From an uncultured Spirochaetota bacterium (GTDB taxonomy: Bacteria; Spirochaetota; Spirochaetia; SZUA-6; Fen-1364), in contig CAVUXE010000053.1 of NCBI GenBank assembly GCA_963745235.1, positions 298,404-362,403 of the forward strand: a stretch of DNA of 64,000 bases. The letters are read 5' to 3'. The notes under the pieces are model-generated. The model had not been told where the DNA came from. It saw nothing but the letters and a program-made list of their open reading frames with translations, and searched no databases. Each line of letters opens with the position of its first letter. Position 1 is the first letter of the stretch. Positions 9,597 to 19,523 of this stretch are shown one piece after another. A program made the translations under genes and the position numbers.

Positions 9597-10792
9597 GACT
9601 TGCGAACTCCAATGGTCAGAGGAGGGATCCCGAAGGGCGTGCGGATCCACGTCCTTCCCAGGAGGTTGTAGTCCACGCCCAGCGCGTAGTGCAGCTCAGG
9701 GCGGAAGAAGACCTTCACCGGCCCCAGCGCGAGCTCCGCGGTCGGGTCCCCCGCCAGGATGTACCAGTCCAGATAGTCCCGTCCGCCGAGCCCCGCCACG
9801 TTGGTCACGATGACACCGAGACCAAGAGAAATGTGAAGCCTGAAAATGGAAGTGTAGGGAAAGATGATGTACGTCCCAAGCTGCGCGTTGGTGTCGTAAT
9901 GACGGACAAGGGTGGTGGAGATGCTGTTCACGTCCAGTGACCGGTACGCCTCGACCCCCAGAAAAAGGGAATCCGGGATGATATGGATCCTGCCGCCAAT
10001 CCCGACCCCCATGGCCTCTCCGAAGCTCCACGCAAGGTCCGCGTCGAAACGGGTCTCCGGGCGCAGCGGGGGCAGGCGAATGCTCACCTGGGGTGAATCC
10101 AGCTTGTAGGTGCCGGAAAAGCTGTGGTATCCATCCTTGTGCACCCGGACCGGGATGGTTGAGCCGATCTCGAACTGGGTATAGGGAACGACGAGCACGC
10201 CGCCGGCAATCTTTCCCGCCTCCCGGTCCAGCAGTACGACGCTGCTGCCCTCAGGAGGGCCGCTCACCTCGATGCGCTCCACGATCCCCGTGGGGGGCTC
10301 GACCTGGTAGCCGCCGCGGACGTAGCGCTGGATGGCGGGCTCGAACTGCTTCACGGCTTCCGAGACGCTGTCGAAAAGGGTGAGGCCTTTGCGCGCTGTC
10401 GTGAGGACCCCGCCAAGCATCGTGCGGACGGTGGGGTCATAGAGCGCGAACTGAATGATCAGCGTGTCACCCTGGACCAGGTAGAACGCGGCAACCACGA
10501 CATTTGCCCCGGCTGCATTCACACCGCGCAGGAGGTACGACACTCGCTCCTCGTCCGGGAGACGCGGCTGCTGAGGGCCTGTTCCAAGGGCAAGCCGGCC
10601 CGGCGCCACGGCAATCCCCGCGTTCTGCAGCGTGGTGCCGAGCCCGGTGGCAATGATATCTTCGACAAGCGGATCCGCGGCGCCGGCGGAGAGCGGCACG
10701 ATGAAAAGCGCGGCGGTACGGGCCTGGTCTGCCGCGAAGAGAAGAGTCGGGAGAATTGCCAGCAGGGAGACCAGGAGGGCCCGCTTTCTCAT
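9590..10792 (-). CDS. Exported three-part protein: alpha/beta domain, PEGA-like domain, C-terminal beta-barrel
   Basis: Signal peptide; VRVHKDGYHSF PEGA-like motif; ends LTIGVRKSW; same layout as 7249..8520. Confidence 0.65.
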   Translation of the reverse strand: MRKRALLVSLLAILPTLLFAADQARTAALFIVPLSAGAADPLVEDIIATGLGTTLQNAGIAVAPGRLALGTGPQQPRLPDEERVSYLLRGVNAAGANVVVAAFYLVQGDTLIIQFALYDPTVRTMLGGVLTTARKGLTLFDSVSEAVKQFEPAIQRYVRGGYQVEPPTGIVERIEVSGPPEGSSVVLLDREAGKIAGGVLVVPYTQFEIGSTIPVRVHKDGYHSFSGTYKLDSPQVSIRLPPLRPETRFDADLAWSFGEAMGVGIGGRIHIIPDSLFLGVEAYRSLDVNSISTTLVRHYDTNAQLGTYIIFPYTSIFRLHISLGLGVIVTNVAGLGGRDYLDWYILAGDPTAELALGPVKVFFRPELHYALGVDYNLLGRTWIRTPFGIPPLTIGVRKSW

Positions 10793-10804
10793 CGCTGGCT
10801 CGCG

Positions 10805-12464
10805 CTACTTCGTTTCCATGATCTCCACGCCATCCCAGTCGGGAGCGGGAGGATCGGCGGCCATGCGCTCGCAGCGCTCGACAAACATGCCGGCCAGGAA
10901 ATCTTCCGGCAGCAGCGCGCCAACCTCCCGGAATCCGCGGGCCGCCTCCTGAAAGCTGCGCGTGTAATACAGCTCCATGGAATCGTTGTGCAGGCGGATG
11001 GCCCGCTCCTCCCGTTCGGAGGGGTCCTTGCGGACGGCGTAAATGCGGATGCCGCCGCGCCTGCCCTTGACCGCCACGGAGTCCACGATCCGGCTGGCCA
11101 CGGCCCCGTCGATCTTCTCCTTCAGCATCTCGGTGATCAGGAGCGGCTGATGGTAGCGCTTGGTCAGCCCTTCCAGGCGGGAAGCAACGTTGACCATGTC
11201 TCCAATCACCGTGTAGTCCATCTTTCTCTCCGTGCCGATGTTGCCCACCGTGACCGTCCCGTAGTTGATGCCGACGCCGATACGAAACTCCGGCTCACCG
11301 AGGGACCGCTGTCCCTGGTTGAACTGCTCCAGGGAGTCCAGCATCTCGATGCCGGACAGCACCGACTGCAGAGCGTCGTCCTCATGGGGCACCGGTGCGC
11401 CGAAGAACGCCATGATTGCGTCCCCGATGTACTTGTCGATGATCCCTCCGCGGTTCATGATGATGTCCACCATCACGGAAAAGTAACGGTTGAGGCCCGC
11501 AACCAGGAGGCCGGGGTCCATCCCCTCCGACATCGTGGTGAAGCTGCGGATATCGGAGAAAAGAACGGACAGGATCCGGTTTTCCCCGACCAGCATGGAC
11601 TCCGGGTTGGCGAACAGCCGGTCGATGAGCTCCTGCGGCACGTACTTCTGGAAGATATGGCGGATCTTCATCTCCTTCTTCTGGGAGACAACCGCCTCGA
11701 ACGCGTAGCGCTTGATGCGCTCGTACGCCTTCTCGAGCTCTCCGACCATCACGTTGAACGTCTGGGACATCTCCCCGATCTCGTCGCTGTAGTCGACCTG
11801 GACGCGCGCGCTGAGGTCGTTCGAGCTGATGATCTGCTTGATCGTCGCCGGCCGTCCGCGCCAGCGGACCGGTGAGATGGCGCACGAAGACGAAGACCAG
11901 GGCCAGCGCGACAATGCACGCGCCAAGGGTCAGGAAGACCGTCTGCCACGTGATGCGCGAGACATCGCTGTAGAAGGCGGAGCGGACCTCCGTGGTGAAG
12001 ACGGTCCAGCCGAACGGCTCGAAGGCGAAGCGCGTAGCCACCCGCGGGACCCCGCCGATGGTTATGGTCAGCAGGGACCGGTCCCCAGGCGCGACCGGCG
12101 ACGTGAGGGCCTTCTTTTCCGCGTCCGTGAGCGACATCCTGGCCGTTGCCATCACGACGTTCCCGTCGTGGTCGAGGGCAAAGACGAGCTCGCTGTCGCT
12201 GAGCAGGAGCGTCCGCGCGTACGCCTCGATGCCGGCCTGCGCCGCCTGGACCATGTCCTGCCGCCCGCCCAGGTCGTTCTCCACGAGGATCCGCCACTGG
12301 CTTTCCATGTACTGGGAGAGCTGGTCGGTCTTGAAGTTCAGGAACGTGACGATGACGCGCGTCACGGCGTTCCGCGCCAGGGAGGATGCGGCGATCCCGC
12401 CGATCACGAGTCCGGCGACGAGGAGAGGGAGCACGATGGCTATGATCTTCGTTCGAATTTTCAC
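10805..12464 (-). CDS. Membrane class III adenylate/guanylate cyclase (2 TM, periplasmic sensor, HAMP), split by one frameshift near 11850
   Basis: GTG start VKIRTKIIAIVLPLL. Cyclase motifs FSDIRSFTT, IIDKYIGDAIMAFFG and DYTVIGDMVNVASRLEG. ORFs 11382..12665 and 10805..11926 join if one base is removed within the HAMP region. Confidence 0.9.
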
Positions 12465-12633
12465 ATGGCCCCCGGGCCGCATACTACCACAAGCGGTCTG
12501 TTCTGTCATCGTGAAAAGAACTGGTGAGGTTGAAACCGGCTTCCTGGAGCGGTAGATTCCTATGTACGAAACGTGGTATGCGCAGCCATTCACGAGGGCG
12601 AAACGAAGATGAGGTGGTGGCGTCGTGCCGTGG

Positions 12634-14748
12634 ATGAGAAACGCGCTTCTCATCCTCCTTGGCACCGCGCTGGCCGGATGCCCCCTGCCCTACCAGTACA
12701 CCCGCGCGGGCTGGGTGGGCAACGCAAGCACAGTGGATCCCTCCACCCCGAGCATCAGCGGTATTCCGCGCATCACGTACACCCAGTCATCCGGGAGCGG
12801 CGGCACCATAGTCACGGGCGGTACCGCAACGACGTCCTCTGATACGATGATCACTCTTGTGAGCGACACCACGGGTGCCGTGATCTACTACACCACGGAC
12901 GGCACCACCCCGGATCCGCGCTCCTCGCAGACCAGCCGGTTCAATCCCGGGTCTCCGATCCTGCTTTCGGTCCCCAGTCCGTCCCCGACTGATTCGTCCG
13001 CATCGATCTCCCTCAAGGCCGCCGCTATCGGGCCGAACATGAAGCCCAGCCCCGTGATGAGCGCCGGGGTGACGGTCCAGTATCCGCAGGCCGCGGCGCC
13101 TGTCTTCTCCCCCGCGGGCGGCTCCTACACGACTGACCAGAGCCTTGTCATGACCAGCGCGACCCCGGGGGCCGTCATCTACTACACGTTGGTGAACGGG
13201 CCGGGCCCCGCGCCCGCGCCTGTCCCTGGTCAGGCCGGCACCCTGCAGTATAGCGGCCCCGTCACGCTCACCGGGCCAGCAAGCTCGTATACGATCTCTG
13301 CGATAGCCACTGTCAGCCAGATGATTGCCAGCGCGCAGGCGAGCGCATCCTACTCGATCTTCTACCCGGGGCTTGCCACACCGACGTTCAATCCGCCGGC
13401 CGGGACATATTCCAACGACCAGACGGTGACCGTTACGAGCGGCGCCGGTTCAACGATCTGGTACACCACGGACGGAAGCGCGCCCGCGGTCGGAACCTCG
13501 CCAAGCATACCCTCGGGGGGAGCGATCACCCTGACAGGCGGAGCTCCCGGGACCGGCGTCGCCTCCGTGCACGCGCTTGCAACGCAGACCGGGTTTGCAG
13601 ACTCTCCGTCGGTGACCGCGAGCTACCTCTTCCAGGCCGCCGCGCCAGTGCCGTCGCCGGGCGGCGGCACGTTCTTCAACGACCTGACTGGGGTGGCAGG
13701 GGTGTTCATGGGCACGGTGACAAACGGCGCTGCAATCTACTACACGACTGACGGCAGCACGCCCACAACGTCTTCCACGCAGTACACCGGGGCAATCCAG
13801 ATAACGGCCAGCACGACGGTGAAGGCGATTGCAGCCAGGGCGGACTACCTCAACTCCACTGTGACCAGTAACACATACACGCTTCAGGCGGCGGTGCCCG
13901 CCTTCAGCGCGGCCGGCGGCACCTACTCATCTGCCCTTTCAGTCAGCATAACCGAAACAACATCCGGCGCGTCCGTGTATTACACGACGGACGGTTCCAC
14001 GCCCACGACTTCTTCCACCCTTTACAGCGGTTCCATTTCCATGCCGAACGGGCTTGCAACGCAGTTGAGCGCCATCGCCGTGAAACCCAACTACCTCACG
14101 AGCGGCGTCGACACCGTGACCTACGTCGTCCTGATCCCGCCCTCGGGGCTTGCGCTGGGAGTCGCCTCAGGCACCACCATGTCCGCATCCTGGAGCGCGG
14201 TGCCGGCAGGTCCGTTGAGCAACTACGTGCTCGTGAGGGGAACGGAGCCCACGTTCACGGTGAGCCCGCAGACCATGACGGTGGCGGGCACAAGCTTCAC
14301 TGACTCAGGCCTGTCCCCATCCTCGCAGTACTACTATGAAGTCAAGGCCGCCTACACGGGCGGGTCCAGCACGTATTCCGGGTCGCAGCAGGGATACACG
14401 CTCAGCCTGACAGGGGACCCGTCAGTCGTCAACCAGGACATTTCGTCGTACACGCCGCCCTCGACCTATGGCTCCTATTACTACGTCAGTGGTACAAGCT
14501 TTGCCACGACACCGACCGGCCCCGTGCTGCGCGAAGGCGGCTTCACGTTCGTTCCCTATGGGAAAGACACCGACAATGACATCCAGGTGGTGCTCGTCTG
14601 CTTCAATTCGAGCGGCGCGGAGGTCAATCAGTGGACCATCCCGGGAACGCGGTACGTCTGGTCCATGACCGAGTCCCTGGGGATCGTGACGATCGTTGGT
14701 CAATCAAATGTGGCGGTGACGATCCCCTGGGCGACCATCAAGCAGTAG
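12634..14748 (+). CDS. Lipoprotein with five CHB_HEX_C-like modules, a fibronectin III domain and an unknown C-terminal domain
   Basis: LAG-C lipobox; modules YYTTDGTTP, YYTLVNG, WYTTDGSAP and YYTTDGSTP x2; Fn3 motif FTDSGLSPSSQYYYEVKA. Confidence 0.85.
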   Translation: MRNALLILLGTALAGCPLPYQYTRAGWVGNASTVDPSTPSISGIPRITYTQSSGSGGTIVTGGTATTSSDTMITLVSDTTGAVIYYTTDGTTPDPRSSQTSRFNPGSPILLSVPSPSPTDSSASISLKAAAIGPNMKPSPVMSAGVTVQYPQAAAPVFSPAGGSYTTDQSLVMTSATPGAVIYYTLVNGPGPAPAPVPGQAGTLQYSGPVTLTGPASSYTISAIATVSQMIASAQASASYSIFYPGLATPTFNPPAGTYSNDQTVTVTSGAGSTIWYTTDGSAPAVGTSPSIPSGGAITLTGGAPGTGVASVHALATQTGFADSPSVTASYLFQAAAPVPSPGGGTFFNDLTGVAGVFMGTVTNGAAIYYTTDGSTPTTSSTQYTGAIQITASTTVKAIAARADYLNSTVTSNTYTLQAAVPAFSAAGGTYSSALSVSITETTSGASVYYTTDGSTPTTSSTLYSGSISMPNGLATQLSAIAVKPNYLTSGVDTVTYVVLIPPSGLALGVASGTTMSASWSAVPAGPLSNYVLVRGTEPTFTVSPQTMTVAGTSFTDSGLSPSSQYYYEVKAAYTGGSSTYSGSQQGYTLSLTGDPSVVNQDISSYTPPSTYGSYYYVSGTSFATTPTGPVLREGGFTFVPYGKDTDNDIQVVLVCFNSSGAEVNQWTIPGTRYVWSMTESLGIVTIVGQSNVAVTIPWATIKQ

Positions 14749-14969
14749 GACTTCCGGCCCGCCCCGGCATCAGGGGTCTCATGTCGACGTGCGCATAACG
14801 CCTCGACGCGAAGTCGCAGCGCGCGCGAAAGACCCAGGATAGGTAATATAGCCTACTCTGAAATTCGGCCTTTGTCCGCTTTTGGCGGCCAGGCAGGTCG
14901 GGATAGTCTGATTTCTGGCGCGAGCTCATGAGTAGCAGGCGCCGGGAGACTTTCGAGAGGAGGCACTCA

Positions 14970-16220
14970 ATGCAGAAGAGGGTTTTGTTCGTCTTCATGG
15001 CTGTCGCCTGCTGTCTGTTGCTTGCCATGCCGGCGTTCAGCCAGAAGGTAAAGCTCACCGTCTGGGTCATCGATCTTCCCGACGATGACCCGTCTCACGC
15101 CTACTCCAAGGCTTTGTCCACGGGCTTCCAGGCTGCCAACCCGGACATCGATCTGGAGTATGTCCCCCTGGGAAACGATCCCCTCAAGGACAAGACGAAA
15201 GTCGCCATGGCGACCAACACCGGCCTTCCCGACATCTTCCAGACCTGGGGCGGGTCCGTCATGGGAGCCTACGCCGATGCCGGCAGGTTGCTCGATTTGA
15301 CATCTGACCTGAAGTCGGTTCCGGGAAGCTCGGCCGCGGCGTCTGCCATGACCTGGAAGGGCAGGATCTACGGCGTGGCCCCGTTCTTCGCCATTGCGGG
15401 TCTTTTTGTCAACGAAGGTATTTTCAAGGACAACAACCTGGAAGTCCCCACGTCGGTCGCGGATCTGGCAAAGGTCGCGGACGCCATCAAGGCAGCGGGG
15501 ATCCAGCCCTTCGCCTGCGGCGCCAAGGACAAGTGGCCCACCCTCGCGTTGTACATGTACCTGACGGACCGCTTTGGCGGGGACATCTTCACGAAGGCCG
15601 CTGCAAGAAAGGCCCGGTTCGACAGCGACCCGTTCGTCAAGGCCGCCCAGCTGTACCAGGACTGGGTGAAGAAGGGCTACTTCGGAGACCAGCCGCTGGG
15701 TGAAGCCTACGGAGACGCCCAGCAGCTCATGGCAACGGGAAAGGCGGCCATGCAGGTCTCTGGCTCATGGCTGTGCTCCAACTACGCGAGCAAAGACTTC
15801 ACGGACCAGACCATCGGGTTCTATCCGTTCCCGATCATCCGGGGCGGCAAGGGTCTTGCAACTGACGTGATGGGCATGACCGACATCGGCTATGCCGCAA
15901 CCAAGCAGGCCGCAGCCAAGAGGGCCGCGGTGGTGCGCTTCATGAAGTACGCAATGAGCCCGGACGCCGCGCAGGCTGACCCGGGACGCGTGACGTCGGT
16001 GCCGGGTGTGAAGGCCCCCTCCCACTTGACGGAGATGGCTTCTGCAGTGTTCGGAAAGGCCAAGTTGGTCCAGTTCTGGTGGGACCAGAACCTGCCTCCG
16101 GCGGTCACCACGCCGCTCAATGAAACCATCCAGACCTTCTTCCTTCCGGATACTGACGTCAAGGCTTCTCTCACCAAGTTCGAGCAACTGGCGACGGAGA
16201 ACATGGGACCGGTCAAGTAA
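14970..16220 (+). CDS. Carbohydrate ABC (CUT1) substrate-binding protein
   Basis: GAGGAGG RBS, signal peptide, PDIFQTWGG and GKAAM motifs; followed by two permeases. Confidence 0.9.
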   Translation: MQKRVLFVFMAVACCLLLAMPAFSQKVKLTVWVIDLPDDDPSHAYSKALSTGFQAANPDIDLEYVPLGNDPLKDKTKVAMATNTGLPDIFQTWGGSVMGAYADAGRLLDLTSDLKSVPGSSAAASAMTWKGRIYGVAPFFAIAGLFVNEGIFKDNNLEVPTSVADLAKVADAIKAAGIQPFACGAKDKWPTLALYMYLTDRFGGDIFTKAAARKARFDSDPFVKAAQLYQDWVKKGYFGDQPLGEAYGDAQQLMATGKAAMQVSGSWLCSNYASKDFTDQTIGFYPFPIIRGGKGLATDVMGMTDIGYAATKQAAAKRAAVVRFMKYAMSPDAAQADPGRVTSVPGVKAPSHLTEMASAVFGKAKLVQFWWDQNLPPAVTTPLNETIQTFFLPDTDVKASLTKFEQLATENMGPVK

Positions 16221-16226
16221 GCATCA

Positions 16227-16274
16227 GGACCGACCCAGCGGTGACGGCGCGGCGCGCCGTCACCCGCTCGGTCC
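16227..16274 (+). other. Intercistronic stem-loop after the SBP gene (likely mRNA stabiliser or attenuator)
   Basis: GGTGACGGCGC/GCGCCGTCACC 11-bp stem (16240-16264) plus an outer GGACCGA/TCGGTCC pair. Confidence 0.65.
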
Positions 16275-16374
16275 GCTTGCTGGAAAGGTCTTGTCGCGCC
16301 TTGACTCACCAGCCCCTCTTACCTCAAGAATGACCGGAGAAGATGCCGCGCGCAAGGAAGGAATGGAGGCGGGT

Positions 16375-17307
16375 ATGAGCGATCTTGTGCAGGCGATGAC
16401 GATTCCCACCGGGCGTCGCAGAAAACGGGACCTGCATCGCAGCGCGTTCGTCTTTCTCCTGCTTTTGCCGGCCGTCGCCGCGCTTCTGTTCTTCATGTAT
16501 TTCCCCATCGAGGAAACGTTCCGGCTCTCGTTCACCAGGGCTACAGGTATGGGGGACGCCACGTACATCGGGCTTCAGAATTACATCCGGCTGTTCGGGG
16601 ACGAACAGTTCCAGGCCGGTCTTCTGCACGTCTTCGCCTGGGCGTTCTTCAGCGTCATCATCCAGGTCCCGCTGGCTTTCCTGATCGCTTTCTACCTCAT
16701 CGGCTACCGCAACCGGGTGACCAAATCTCTTCGCGCTATATTTTACATGGCCAGCATCCTTCCCTCCGCGGTCACGGCAATGATCGGGCGGTTCGTGTTC
16801 TCTCCGAAGAACGGCATCATCCCCACCCTGGCCGCGGCGCTGAAGCTGCCCCTCATTTCCCGCATTGATTTTCTTGGGGACCCGCACATTGCGTTCTGGA
16901 CAATCTTCATCGTGGCCACATGGACGTATACGGGATTCTACATCGTCTACCTGATGGCCCGCATAGAGCAGATCCCAATGGAAATCCGGGAAGCCGCCGA
17001 AATGGACGGCGCTACGGGATGGCGGTACGCGTGGCACATCGTTGTGCCCATCGTCTCCTATCCCCTGCAGATCATCTGCATCCTTTGCATCGTGGGAAGC
17101 ATGAAGGTTTTCGACCTTCCCTTCATGATCACTGGCGGCGGACCGGGCAACGCGACAATGACGCTGGGGATCATCCTCTACAACAGAGGCTTCGTGGACT
17201 GGCAGTATGGGACCGCCTCCGCGGTGGGAGTCATCATCCTGGTGTGCTCCCTGGTGTTCACCATCGTGCAGTTCTCCCTTCAGAGAAGGGAGGGAGCCGA
17301 GTCATGA
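16375..17307 (+). CDS. Carbohydrate ABC permease
   Basis: Hydrophobic helices and EAA loop (EAAEMDGA); GGPGNAT motif. Confidence 0.9.
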   Translation: MSDLVQAMTIPTGRRRKRDLHRSAFVFLLLLPAVAALLFFMYFPIEETFRLSFTRATGMGDATYIGLQNYIRLFGDEQFQAGLLHVFAWAFFSVIIQVPLAFLIAFYLIGYRNRVTKSLRAIFYMASILPSAVTAMIGRFVFSPKNGIIPTLAAALKLPLISRIDFLGDPHIAFWTIFIVATWTYTGFYIVYLMARIEQIPMEIREAAEMDGATGWRYAWHIVVPIVSYPLQIICILCIVGSMKVFDLPFMITGGGPGNATMTLGIILYNRGFVDWQYGTASAVGVIILVCSLVFTIVQFSLQRREGAES

Positions 17308-18173
17308 GCAGCAACAACCCCTCTCTCACCGACACTTCCTCCGGTCGAACCAGCAAGCTCCCGGAAGTCGGCGTCACGGTGGTCCTGGTCCTCCTGGCGG
17401 CCTTGGTCATCCTGCCGCTCATCATTCCTTTCTTCTTCGTTTTCAAGACTCGCCTGGAATTCAACTATCACCCCTGGGCGCTTCCCAAGGCCATTCGGTG
17501 GGACAACTTCATCCTGGCCTGGCAGGGCATCCGGTTGGACAGGGGCATGTTCAACACTCTCAGAGTCTGCCTGGGCGCCATTGTGTGCACCATCCCTCTT
17601 TCGGCCATGGCTGGCTATGTCTTTGCCCGATACCGAAGCACAATCACCGAAATCGTGTTCTATTTCATCCTCGGGGGTTTCTTCGTGCCTGTCCAGATGG
17701 TGCTCATTCCCCTGGTCAAGATGAGCGCGGCCATCGGGATTGCCAACACCCTGCCTGGCGTCTTCCTGCCCATGGCGGCCTTCGGCGTGTCTTTCTGGAC
17801 AATGATCTACCGATCCTTTTTCCGGGACCTTCCCGGAGAGCTTGCGGATGCTGCGCGGATCGACGGCTCCGGCCACACCGGTACTTTTTTCCGCATCATG
17901 CTGCCGCTGGCCCAGCCCGCCACCATCCTGGCGGTTATTCTCGTGTTCATAGCGGCGTGGAGCGACTACCTGCTCAGCCTTGTGATGCTGAACAGCCCTG
18001 ACCTGTTCACCATGCAGCTGCGGACGTGGCAATTCACGGGACAGTACGGGGTTGACCACATGCCGCGCTACGCGGCCGCCGCGGTCATGTCCGCGGCGCC
18101 GACGGTGATCCTCTACATCATTGGCCACCGATGGGTGCTCCGCGGGACTCTTGCAGGGGCGCTGAAGGGCTGA
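17304..18173 (+). CDS. Carbohydrate ABC permease
   Basis: EAA loop DAARIDGS; ATGA overlap; ends GALKG. Confidence 0.9.
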   Translation: MSSNNPSLTDTSSGRTSKLPEVGVTVVLVLLAALVILPLIIPFFFVFKTRLEFNYHPWALPKAIRWDNFILAWQGIRLDRGMFNTLRVCLGAIVCTIPLSAMAGYVFARYRSTITEIVFYFILGGFFVPVQMVLIPLVKMSAAIGIANTLPGVFLPMAAFGVSFWTMIYRSFFRDLPGELADAARIDGSGHTGTFFRIMLPLAQPATILAVILVFIAAWSDYLLSLVMLNSPDLFTMQLRTWQFTGQYGVDHMPRYAAAAVMSAAPTVILYIIGHRWVLRGTLAGALKG

Positions 18174-18205
18174 AAAAAACCGCGGCGGGTTTCCGCAGCC
18201 ACGGT
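18173..18205 (-). terminator. Rho-independent terminator of the xylanase gene
   Basis: Minus strand ACCGTGGC...GCCGCGGT followed by a T run, between convergent genes. Confidence 0.65.
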
Positions 18206-18223
18206 CATCTGCCAGGTGGTCAT

Positions 18224-19369
18224 CTACCACTTTGCCACTGCCCAGAATGCCGGCTTGGGTTTCTGGGAAGTATCGAACAGCAATGGCCAGTTCTTCCTCC
18301 CGGCCACGGGGAAGGAATCCAGCCAGGTGTGGTCATCCGCAATGCCCCAGAACGTCACTCCGGTGAGCCTTCCCGGCTGGCCGGCCCGGGAGGACCCAGG
18401 CGCTCCTGATTCGTCGCGAAAGACTTTGAAAAGAGCGCCGTACTGCGCCGCCTGTCTGCGTGCCAGGTCCGGAGGCAGAGCGGCCAGGGAAGAATTGTCT
18501 CCCCACCCGAAGACGGAGAGGTCAAGCTCCGTGATCTGGACCTGCACGCCCAGGGACGCAAAACGCTCAATCGCATCCCGGATGGTCCCTGCATCGGGAC
18601 CGAAGATCGACCAGTGGCCCTGGATGCCCACGCCGTCCACCAGGCCCTTCTCCTTCAGCGCCTTGACCAGTTTCACCGCTGCCTCCAGCTTGGCTCCGCT
18701 TTCGATGTTGTAATCGTTGTAGAACAGCAAGGCAGAGGGATCCGCCTGGCGCGCGAACTCGAAAGCCTCCTCGATGTAGTCCGGTATCCCGTCCCCGTTC
18801 TCATCCGCGCCGGCCGCCTTGAACCAGGGGCTGTCCGTACGCCAGCCGCCGTCGTCGGACAGCGCCTCGTTGACAACGTCCCAGCAGTAGACCTGGCCCT
18901 TATAGCGCGTGAGCAGAGTGGTAATGTGATCCTTCATCCTGTCCAGGACGTCCGTGCGGGTGGCTGGTCCTTTGTCTCCCCGGAAGACCATCCAGGGAAC
19001 CTGCTGGTGCCAGACGAGCGTGTGTCCCCTCACGCGCATTCCGTGCGCCTTGGCAAACGCCACAATCGCGTCTGCTCCAAGGAAATTGTAGGCCGAGGGC
19101 GCGTTGCCGCGCCGCGGGTGGATGCGTTCCCATTTCATGTCGTTCTCCGCCACAAGGCTGTTTACCTGCGTTGCCAGCAGGTTCTCCTGGGTGACGAGAG
19201 TCTGTGGATCCACGGCAGCGCCGATGGGAAAGAACTGCTGATAGAGAGAGGCGAGTGAAGGCACGGCAGCGTCATTGGACGCGCCCGGGGCTTGACTGCC
19301 AGACTGCGCGTCAAGGCGGGAGACACACACGCCAAGAAGGAGTGCCAGGACAGAAGGGATCCTCTTCAT
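18224..19369 (-). CDS. GH10 endo-1,4-beta-xylanase
   Basis: Signal peptide; ENDMKW, RGHTLVWHQQ, WDVVNEA (acid/base), YNDYN, ITELD (nucleophile). Confidence 0.95.
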   Translation of the reverse strand: MKRIPSVLALLLGVCVSRLDAQSGSQAPGASNDAAVPSLASLYQQFFPIGAAVDPQTLVTQENLLATQVNSLVAENDMKWERIHPRRGNAPSAYNFLGADAIVAFAKAHGMRVRGHTLVWHQQVPWMVFRGDKGPATRTDVLDRMKDHITTLLTRYKGQVYCWDVVNEALSDDGGWRTDSPWFKAAGADENGDGIPDYIEEAFEFARQADPSALLFYNDYNIESGAKLEAAVKLVKALKEKGLVDGVGIQGHWSIFGPDAGTIRDAIERFASLGVQVQITELDLSVFGWGDNSSLAALPPDLARRQAAQYGALFKVFRDESGAPGSSRAGQPGRLTGVTFWGIADDHTWLDSFPVAGRKNWPLLFDTSQKPKPAFWAVAKW

Positions 19370-19523
19370 CAGTCCACTATACCTTCTGCCTCGGACACGA
19401 AGTATCGGTAATACCACCTATTAGCGAATGCATGTTTTATCCTCTTTCGGCTGCCGGCTGGTCCGTATACCGTGGGACGGTGACGTACGATTCGCACGCT
19501 TGGGCGCAAAGGCACGGAACAGA

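Noticed and set aside
14749-14969. Possible riboswitch or ncRNA upstream of the xylan ABC operon
   Set aside because: Some pairing potential (GGGTCT/AGACCC), but I recognise no riboswitch consensus. An Rfam/Infernal scan would be needed.
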